NCBI GenBank assembly: GCA_039586365.1
Contig: JBDHKN010000076.1
Coordinates: 1-22,102 of the forward strand
Direction: 5' to 3'
Length of the DNA stretch: 22,102 nucleotides
DNA from: Gemmatimonadota bacterium
GTDB taxonomy: Bacteria; Gemmatimonadota; Gemmatimonadetes; Gemmatimonadales; GWC2-71-9
Below, piece after piece: positions 8,580-15,919 of the stretch (position 1 is its first letter; every line of letters starts with the position of its first letter). Under the pieces are notes generated by a model. That model did no database searches. It saw only the letters and a list, made by a program, of their open reading frames with translations, and had not been told where the DNA came from. The translations under genes were made by a program, and so were the position numbers.

Positions 8580-9039
8580 ATGCACAGCCAGTGCGTCAGA
8601 CGCACCGCGCGAACCACACACGGCCGCCGAGTCACCCATAGAAGCCGGCCGTTATCTGGCCACGGTGGCCGGCTGCAACGACTGTCACACGGACGGCTAC
8701 CTGTTCAAAGACGGCGATGTCCCGCAGGCGGAGTGGTTTCTCGGATCGTCACTCGGTTGGCGTGGGCCATGGGGCACGTCCTATGCTCGCAATCTGCGGC
8801 TCACAGTGAGCACGATGACGGAGGACGCCTGGGTCCAGATGCTCAAGACCAGACAGGGCCTACCGCCCATGCCCTGGATGAACGTCAACCAGATGGCTGA
8901 GGCAGACATGCGGGCGATGTATCAGTACTTCCAGTCGCTGGGACCGGTGGGCGAGCAGCCGCCCAATCCGGTGCCGCCCGATCAGGAACCGACGACGCCC
9001 TTCATCTCACTCGCGCCGGTGGACCCGGTAGCGCCGTAA
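8515..9039 (+). CDS. Monoheme c-type cytochrome lipoprotein
   Basis: Lipobox FVAG-C23, single CxxCH (CNDCH), GPWGTSYARNL and a likely distal Met in PPMPW. RBS GGGAG. Confidence 0.88.
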   Translation: MTPRQPPIDPMLAFLVVAFVAGCTASASDAPREPHTAAESPIEAGRYLATVAGCNDCHTDGYLFKDGDVPQAEWFLGSSLGWRGPWGTSYARNLRLTVSTMTEDAWVQMLKTRQGLPPMPWMNVNQMAEADMRAMYQYFQSLGPVGEQPPNPVPPDQEPTTPFISLAPVDPVAP

Positions 9040-9257
9040 ACATGTTGCGGCTGTAGAGTAGAGGTACTTGGGGACGACGTCTGCCAGATCTTGGTAGAGC
9101 CGGATATCGAGACATTCTCGCTCCTCTGCCACAGCGGTCGAAACCAGACTCGCAAAAGCTGGCTGGGGGATGGAGGCGCAAGCGCTCCGCGAATGTAGAG
9201 AGATCGCCGCCGATCACTGGCAAATTACTCTCTCTTTGTAAGGAACCAGGAAATCAC

Positions 9258-9689
9258 ATGCCCAACGAGCTGTCTAAGATACTTGATACTCCGGAACCAG
9301 ATCGCTTTGCGTTTTCGAGGTTTATCGACGCGCTGCCCGATGCCATCGTTATCGTTGATCGCAGTGGACGCATGGTCGACCTGAACATCCAGACAGTTGG
9401 ATTATTCGGATATGCACGCACCGAGTTGCTCGGTGAACCAGTAGACATGCTGCTACCTGAGCGGCTTCGTAGTCGACACGTGGGTGAGCGGGACCGGTAT
9501 AACCAGTCACCTCATATTCGTCCCATGGGAGCCGGAATGAGTCTGCTTGCCCACCACAAAGACGGACACGAATTCCCGGTCGAGATCAGCCTGGGATCGT
9601 ACCAGTCGGCGGAGGGTCCGCAGGTGATCTGCGCCATTCGCGATTTGACCGCACTCCCGTACGCGCGACAACCAGTGGTGAACCGATAG
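9258..9689 (+). CDS. Stand-alone PAS domain protein
   Basis: IDALPDAIVIVDRSGRMVDLN-LFGY-ELLGEPVDMLLPE...KDGHEFPVEISL...IRDLT, 143 aa, with no output domain. Confidence 0.85.
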   Translation: MPNELSKILDTPEPDRFAFSRFIDALPDAIVIVDRSGRMVDLNIQTVGLFGYARTELLGEPVDMLLPERLRSRHVGERDRYNQSPHIRPMGAGMSLLAHHKDGHEFPVEISLGSYQSAEGPQVICAIRDLTALPYARQPVVNR

Positions 9690-9752
9690 ACATGTGGAAG
9701 TCGACTGCAAACCGCTCCTTGTGCGAGCTCCACTGGCCCGATGCGCAGCAGG

Positions 9753-9785
9753 TAGGGGTCCGGCCGTAGTGCCGGACCCCTAATT
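9753..9785 (+). terminator. Probable intrinsic terminator between the convergent PAS and hydrolase genes
   Basis: 12-bp perfect stem TAGGGGTCCGGC / GCCGGACCCCTA with a 6-nt loop, followed by a short ATTT. Confidence 0.65.
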
Positions 9786-9849
9786 TGGAGGACATCTGAT
9801 TCGGAGCGTGCGCTCTCGGCACAGCGGCACCGGATGTACCATGCCGCAG

Positions 9850-10599
9850 CTAGTGTCCGTTAGCCATTGCAGCGACGGCCTCATCCGTAGTCCACGTGGT
9901 GTTCGCCATGAAACGAAAGTTCGTCATGGCTGACGCGTATCCGTTACCATCAGGTATCTTGGCGGCCGCGGTCGCATCCGTGACCACTGCGACCTCGAAC
10001 CCTTGCTCGAGAAGCTCCCGCATGTGCGCCTCGACACAGAGGTTAGCCGACATACCGGCAAGGACGACCTTGTCAATCCCCCGCTTGCGCAACTGCAGCA
10101 CGAGGTCGTTTGTCTCAGGTCCGTACACTTTGTGCGGGCTCGCGACGATCGTCCTTCCGTCCTCGAGGTAGGTCTTGTAGCGCGCGAGCCAGTCGGCGCC
10201 AGACCCCTCGAACCCGTCGAGACTAAGTGGTGACGCTCGATCGAACATGCCAATGTTGTGCATGAGTACTTCCAGGGCACCGCCGAATTTCCACCCGTGG
10301 TCGGTAGGGTAGTAGTAGTGCGGCGAAACGAACAGTTCATATCCGCCCTCTTTAGCGGCTTGCATGAGCCGGTCCAGATTCTCGACAGTGTTGTTCTCGA
10401 TAACGCTCTCACCCACGACGCCCCAAGTCACCCCGTCGGGACTCAGGAAGTCATTCTGTGGGTCGGTTACCACGACGGCGGTGCGCGCCGCGTCGATCTC
10501 CATTCCGGGGTTCGGCAGCTGCGCAGCCAGGGTGCCGGCCGGGACAACGAGACTCAGCGCCACTACGAGCGGCCACTTGACTTGCCTGCGGTTGCACAT
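9850..10599 (-). CDS. Isochorismatase-like cysteine hydrolase with predicted signal peptide
   Basis: Catalytic triad motifs TDPQNDF (Asp), SPHK (Lys) and MSANLCV (Cys). Start ATG 10599 with RBS GGAGG at 10607-10611, 249 aa. N-terminus RR-QVK, then a hydrophobic stretch and TLAA|Q. Confidence 0.88.
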   Translation of the reverse strand: MCNRRQVKWPLVVALSLVVPAGTLAAQLPNPGMEIDAARTAVVVTDPQNDFLSPDGVTWGVVGESVIENNTVENLDRLMQAAKEGGYELFVSPHYYYPTDHGWKFGGALEVLMHNIGMFDRASPLSLDGFEGSGADWLARYKTYLEDGRTIVASPHKVYGPETNDLVLQLRKRGIDKVVLAGMSANLCVEAHMRELLEQGFEVAVVTDATAAAKIPDGNGYASAMTNFRFMANTTWTTDEAVAAMANGH

Positions 10600-10669
10600 G
10601 GGAGGACCTCCTGTCCAGGGATATCCGTGGAAACAACTCGTTCGGGGGAATGGTTCCTCTCGACACCGG

Positions 10670-10851
10670 CCCGCGACAAACTCCACCACTAGGAAGGCGA
10701 GCATGTGATCGATCGGAGGCTGACGTGGTGTCATTACGAGCACTCCCCTTCCTGCGCTGAGCGGTGGACCTTCGTCGGGACCTCATGCCCGTAAGAATCG
10801 AAGCGCAAGACTGCGGCCAATCGGCTCATCACCTCTGCGGCACCGGTCCGT
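10670..10851 (-). repeat. Copy 2 of the inverted duplication (degenerate cytochrome c leader, in frame with the hydrolase)
   Basis: Encodes MTPRQPPIDHMLAFLVVEFVAGR versus MTPRQPPIDPMLAFLVVAFVAGC in copy 1. ATG at 10734 is in frame with ATG 10599. Confidence 0.92.
10803..10828 (-). promoter_or_regulatory. Putative ECF promoter TGAGCC-N16-GCGC upstream of the cysteine hydrolase
   Basis: Minus strand reads TGAGCCgattggccgcagtcttGCGC. Both boxes are identical to copy 1, while three spacer bases differ. Confidence 0.65.
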
Positions 10852-11312
10852 GACCAGACCCACCGGAACCCCACCCATCTTCCCATGTGTCACAGGCCAA
10901 CTATTGCGTCTCGTCTCGCGGCGAGATTGGGGTCTCTGTATGGGTGTCCAACAAATCTCCGGCAGTGTCTCGCGCGTGGTCAGGGTCGGCAGAGCATCGC
11001 CGGCCCGGTTTCTTTCCGGCCTCCCTCACTGTTGTTGTTCCGTTAGCAAGGAGCGGTTCTAGCCGGCAGCGACAACCTCGCGGGGCCTTTGAGCACCTTG
11101 CCCCGGACGGTATCCTTCCATCATTGCCAATCCTCCTCTCCATTGGCGAGAGAATCTGGTTGGCGACGCTCCTGGTCGCATTCGCGGGTCCGCGCGAGGG
11201 TTGAACGCTGGTATGTCACCGGACCGGCGATACATGGACACGGTAGCGGGCCCGACACCAGCAACAGACCAGTCGCGGTAAGCAAACATCTCCAAGGACC
11301 ACTTCGGAGGTT

Positions 11313-11888
11313 GTGACTGCAATGGAATTCATTGACAGCATGCCGCTGTGGCTCGTTGCGGTGAGCGTGTTCGCTCTGCGGATCGTAGACGTGTCTCTCG
11401 GCACCATCCGGACTGTCTTCGTTGTCCAAGGTCGCCTGGTCGTTGCTGTGTCGATCGGGTTCTTCGAAGTGCTGATTTGGGTAACCGCCGTGTCGCAGGT
11501 TGTCATGCGGATCCATGAGAGCCCCCTCCTCGTGTTCGCTTTTGCGGCTGGCTTTGCAGCCGGCAACGCGACAGGGATACTGCTGGAGCAACGACTTGCT
11601 GTTGGCAGGTGCGTCCTCCGGATGATTAGCAAGGGGGGTGGCCACGAGATTGCCGCAGCACTGCGAGCGGCGGGCCACGTCGTGACCACTTTTCAGGGAG
11701 AAGGGGCTGACGGTGTGCGCACCCTGGTATACACCACCTGCCCGCGACGCGAAGTACCACGACTGATTCATGTAGCCAAAACGATCGAACCGAGCTTATT
11801 CTATATCGTTGACCGCTTCTCGCAGAGTGGTCATATAGGGCCGCTGCCACATCCAACCGGTTGGCGGGCTGTGTTCAAAAAGAAGTGA
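11313..11888 (+). CDS. UPF0316 (DUF5698 + DUF2179) membrane protein
   Basis: LRIVDVSLGTIRT...GFFEVLIW...FAAGFAAGNATG with 3 TM helices, then a soluble GlnB-like tail (VTTFQGEGADG). RBS GGAGG at 11306-11310, start GTG 11313 or ATG 11322. Confidence 0.87.
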   Translation: MTAMEFIDSMPLWLVAVSVFALRIVDVSLGTIRTVFVVQGRLVVAVSIGFFEVLIWVTAVSQVVMRIHESPLLVFAFAAGFAAGNATGILLEQRLAVGRCVLRMISKGGGHEIAAALRAAGHVVTTFQGEGADGVRTLVYTTCPRREVPRLIHVAKTIEPSLFYIVDRFSQSGHIGPLPHPTGWRAVFKKK

Positions 11889-11961
11889 GGCAGACACAGG
11901 AGTGACTCGTCACTTCTCGACGCCAAACACGCCATAGCCCGGGCAGCCGCTCTGACGCCGT

Positions 11962-11988
11962 TGAGCCGGTGAACGATGGTGTTCGCGC
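11962..11988 (+). promoter_or_regulatory. Putative ECF promoter TGAGCC-N17-GCGC upstream of the ATP-grasp operon
   Basis: TGAGCCggtgaacgatggtgttcGCGC, 127 nt before ATG 12115. The spacer is one base longer than at the other four sites. Confidence 0.5.
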
Positions 11989-12114
11989 TCTGGTGCCGCA
12001 ACGACGGGCAGAGGTGTAGGCGGCCCGTAGCTACACCAGGTCCCAGAAGGCCGTTAGCCTGGACGATCGCTCCGCGGTGTCCCGCTGCCTGCCGAGGAGG
12101 GCACGAGTTTTCTC

Positions 12115-14286
12115 ATGAGAGTTGCCGTCATCCACAACCGTGACCGCGCGGGCGTCATCAACGTTTTTGGCCCGCAGAATAGAGAGCGTTACAACCCCAA
12201 GACGGTGGAGCGCGTGGCGGCGTCCTTGGAGAAAGGGGGCCACACCGTACGGGTCATCGACGGGAACATGCACGTGGTCGAGCAACTGCGAGACTTCATG
12301 CCGCGGGTGATCGAGGGGGAGCGGCCGGGGATGGTGTTCAACATGGCTTACGGCATCCAGGGTGTCAGCCGCTATACCCACCTCCCCGCCATCCTCGAAA
12401 TGCTCGGCGTGCCGTACGTGGGCTCGAACCCCATGGCTCACGGGCTGGCACTCGACAAGGTGATTGCCAAGATCGTGTTCCAGAACGCGGGCCTTCCCAC
12501 CCCCGGATTCTGGAACTTCGCGTCCGCAGACGACGCGTTCGAGGACCTCACTTTCCCGGTGATCGTAAAGCCCAAGATGGAAGCTGTCTCCTACGGGATC
12601 CGGGTGGTGGAGAACGAGAGCGAGTTGCGGGACGCGGTCAAGCATATCATCGACGAGTTCCAGCAGCACGTGCTGGTCGAGCAGTTCATCCCCGGGCGAG
12701 AGCTCGCCGTGGGGCTGCTCGGGAACGGCCCCCCGGAGGTGCTGCCCATCGTGGAGATCGACCTGGCGGGCGACCCCAATGCGATCCAAACGGCAGGCGA
12801 CAAGCTGACAAAGCCACGGGGCAAGATCTGCCCGGCCGAGATCCCGGAGGCGAAGACCGCAGAGATAAACAACCTCGTGCGGCGTGCGTTTCGGTCGCTC
12901 GAGCTGTTCGACTTCGCGCGGGTGGATCTGCGTATGGACGCCGAGGGCAACCTGTACATCCTGGAGATCAACTCCATGGCGAGTCTCGGCCTCACGGGGA
13001 CCTACGTGCACGCGGCGAAGACGGCAGGCTATACCTACGAGGGTCTCGTCAACCGCATTCTGGACGTCGCAGCCGTGCGCTACTTCGGTCAGGATTATGC
13101 GGCGGAAGCGGCGGACCAGACGCACGTGAAGGATTCCAAGCCGCAGAAGCTCTCCACCCGCGTACGCTCGTATCTACGCGCCCAAGCCCCGACGATCGAG
13201 GATTCGGTGCGCCGCATGGTGGAGATGCGCACACCTGCAACCGAAGTGGAGAGCGTGAATGCCCTGGGTGAATGGCTCAGCGGGCAGTTCAAGCAGCTTG
13301 GCTTCACCGTGCGCAGCATCCCGCGGGTGGGCGTCGGGAACATGCTCTACTGCTACAACCACAACGACGACGAGTGTGACGTGCTGCTCCTGGGGCACCT
13401 GGATACTCCGATCCCCGCAGGCGGGTTCGTGCCGTTCCGCGAAGCCGAGAGTCGTACCTACGGGACCGGTGCCGCCGAGAACAAGGGCGGCATCGCCGTG
13501 GCGCTGGCGGCTCTGCGGGCGCTGCGCTACGCCCGCACGGTGCGCCGCATCCGCTGTGGAGTGCTGCTCACGACCGACGACACGCGCAACGGGGCCGCAG
13601 GCCGCGGAGTAGTTGAGGAGCTAACTGCGCGGGCCAGCTATGTCGTCGGACTGAAGGCTGGCGACCCCGATGGTGGCGTCGTGGCGTCGCGGGCCGGTCG
13701 CGGCACGTACCGTCTCACAGCAGTCTACCCGAGGAAGAGGCGCGTTACGGAGGCTGCCGTGCTCGCGCACTTGTACCGCAACGTAAAGGCCATGGAGCAG
13801 TTGTCTAACGCCGAGGCGGGGCTGCAGGTAGCCATTCGTCGTCTCGAGCTGGACGCTCCCTTCGGTCGGTCGCCCGAAAAGGCCGAGGCCGTGGTCTCGG
13901 TTCGGTTCAGCCGGCTGGAGGATGGCCAAAGCATCGAGCAGGAGATCCACTCACTAGCGGCAAGACGCTCCGCCCAAGGCATCCGGCTGCGGGTGGCCGG
14001 CCAGATCCACCGCCCTCCACTCACGGCGAACGCAGCGCGACAGACGTTTTTCGAGGAGGTGGCCCGGATCGCAGGGCGCCTCCATGTGCCGGTTACAGCG
14101 TCTCACCGGTGGCACTCCGCCGACATCTGCTTCGTGCCCGAAACCGTGCCGGCCATCGACGGCATGGGCCCCATTGGTAGCGGCGAGCGAACCCAAGAAG
14201 AGCACATTCTGCGGAGTTCGCTGGTGGAGCGCGCGGCTCTACTTGCCATGGTCATGCACCGCTGCGCCAAGGGTGAGGAGCAGTGA
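12115..14286 (+). CDS. Ddl-like ATP-grasp ligase fused to an M20/glutamate-carboxypeptidase-like domain
   Basis: N-half: GVPYVGS, LDKVIAK, FPVIVKP, VEQFIPGREL, ARVDLR, YILEIN. C-half: LLLGHLDT, YGTGAAENKGG, IDGMGPIG. 723 aa with RBS GAGGAGG. Confidence 0.9.
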   Translation: MRVAVIHNRDRAGVINVFGPQNRERYNPKTVERVAASLEKGGHTVRVIDGNMHVVEQLRDFMPRVIEGERPGMVFNMAYGIQGVSRYTHLPAILEMLGVPYVGSNPMAHGLALDKVIAKIVFQNAGLPTPGFWNFASADDAFEDLTFPVIVKPKMEAVSYGIRVVENESELRDAVKHIIDEFQQHVLVEQFIPGRELAVGLLGNGPPEVLPIVEIDLAGDPNAIQTAGDKLTKPRGKICPAEIPEAKTAEINNLVRRAFRSLELFDFARVDLRMDAEGNLYILEINSMASLGLTGTYVHAAKTAGYTYEGLVNRILDVAAVRYFGQDYAAEAADQTHVKDSKPQKLSTRVRSYLRAQAPTIEDSVRRMVEMRTPATEVESVNALGEWLSGQFKQLGFTVRSIPRVGVGNMLYCYNHNDDECDVLLLGHLDTPIPAGGFVPFREAESRTYGTGAAENKGGIAVALAALRALRYARTVRRIRCGVLLTTDDTRNGAAGRGVVEELTARASYVVGLKAGDPDGGVVASRAGRGTYRLTAVYPRKRRVTEAAVLAHLYRNVKAMEQLSNAEAGLQVAIRRLELDAPFGRSPEKAEAVVSVRFSRLEDGQSIEQEIHSLAARRSAQGIRLRVAGQIHRPPLTANAARQTFFEEVARIAGRLHVPVTASHRWHSADICFVPETVPAIDGMGPIGSGERTQEEHILRSSLVERAALLAMVMHRCAKGEEQ

Positions 14287-15917
14287 GAATCCGGCGGGTA
14301 GAGGGCGAATTCCAGCCGACCGCCGACTCCAAGTGCGCGGAAGCGACCGGGGGAATGGTCGCTACCGCATTCCCGGATGCCACCGCGGCGGGAGTGGAGA
14401 TGCTAGCACAGGGTGGCAACGCGATCGACGCCGCGTGCGCCGTGGGTCTTGCCCTGGGTGTGTGCGAGCCGCAGGCCAGCGGACTAGGAGGTCAGAGCAC
14501 GGGGCTCGTCCATTACGAAGGGCGCACCTTCGCCGTGGACGGATCTAGCCGGGCCCCTTCGCTCGCTCACCGGTCGCAGCTGGAGGACCCGGAGCGACTC
14601 AGGGTGGGATACCGGGCGACAACGGTGCCGAGCACGCCGGCTACCTACGGCTGGCTGCATCGCCAGTACGGGCGGCTCGACTGGGGCACGGTTGTAGAAC
14701 CGGCTATCCGCACAGCGCGTCAGGGATACCCCATCACGCAACTGCAGCACGACCTCCAGGAGCGCGAGCGCGAGAATTTCCTGGCAGTGCCGTCGCACTC
14801 CGGTGCCCGGTACTTCCTGGCCGATGGTCGCGAGTCGCATCCCGTGGGCAGTTGCTTCAAGCAGCCCGAAGTGGCGGGCGTGCTCGAGCTAATAGCATCC
14901 GCAGGGGTTGAAGCTTTCTATCACGGAGACATCGCCAGCCAGATCGACGCAGATATGCGGGCGAACGACGGGCTGCTGCGGGCGGATGATCTCGCGCTCA
15001 TCCCCTGGCCTATCGAGCGGCGCCCGCTGGCGCGGCGCTACCGCGGTTACCTCATAAAGACGATGCCGCCGCCGGGGGCGGGGCGCACCTTGCTCCTCGT
15101 GTTCCTCATGCTCAACTACCTCTAGTCCAAGTTTATCGGCGGCAACGCGTCGGAGCGGTATCACTTCCTTGCCGAGACCTTCCGTAAAGCCTTCCTGCAG
15201 CGGCAGGATCGCCCCTTCGATGCTAACACCTACCCGCAGCTCCCCGACAAACTGATGCTGAGCAAGCGATTTGCTCGGGAGCTGGCCGCTAGCATCGCCG
15301 AGGAGATGGACGTCCGCCTCCCATTGGAAGACGTGCTGGGCGAGCACATGGGTGAGACCACCCACTTCTCGGTCGTGGACCGGGACGGCAACATCGTCAC
15401 GATGACGCAGTCCATCGAGCTGGTCTACGGCTCCAAGGCCGCAGCCAACGGCCTCGGCTTCCTGTACAACAACTACATGCTGGCCTTCGAGCTGGAGAAC
15501 CCGGCGCACCCGTACTACCTACGGCCCAACGCCGTACCTTGGTCGAGTGCAGCACCCACCATCGTGTTCCGCCGCAAAGAGCCATGGCTCGCCGCCGGGT
15601 CCCCGGGCAGTGAACGCATCTTCTCCGCTCTCACCCAGTTCCTGGTGCAGGTCTTCGACGGCTCCGCCCCCATCAGTGTGGCCTCAAACGCGCCGCGAAT
15701 CCACTGCTCGATCGGCGGGAGACTGAACTACGAAGCAAAGAGGATTGCGCCAGAGGTAGTCGCGTATCTCGAACGGTTGGGCTACAAGCTCATTCCCCGG
15801 GAGCCGTACGCATTCTACCTGGGCTGTGTGCAGGCGGTGCTCAAGCGGCAGACCGGCAACGGCTTCCAGGGCGTGGCCGACCCGCGGCGCGACGGGACGG
15901 CGGGCGGGCCGTCCTGA
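14283..15917 (+). pseudogene. ggt: Gamma-glutamyltransferase-family Ntn hydrolase interrupted by one in-frame TAG at 15123-15125
   Basis: GMVAT, GGNAIDAA, CEPQASGLGG, TVP, PPPGAG, then ETTHFSVVDRDGN, GFLYNN, GSPG, APRIH and GVADPRRDG. ORFs 14283-15125 and 15255-15917 are in the same frame and the intervening sequence is coding-like (SKFIGGNASERYHFLAETFRKAFLQR). GTGA overlap with the upstream gene. Confidence 0.85.
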
Positions 15918-15919
15918 GG

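Noticed and set aside
10860..11305. 450-bp intergenic stretch with short ORFs and small hairpins
   Set aside because: No recognisable protein motif, riboswitch consensus or sigma54 box by eye. An Rfam or covariance search would be needed.
11971..12040. CGATGGTGTTCGC resembles the 5' end of a fluoride riboswitch
   Set aside because: P1 pairing is poor, the 3' GCTRATGAC-CCT element is missing, and the sequence is better explained as the spacer and -10 of the ECF-like promoter.
12115..13100. Annotation as housekeeping ddl or a van-type resistance ligase
   Set aside because: D-Ala subsite and omega-loop signatures are missing, the gene is fused to an M20 domain, and there is no cell-wall or van gene context.
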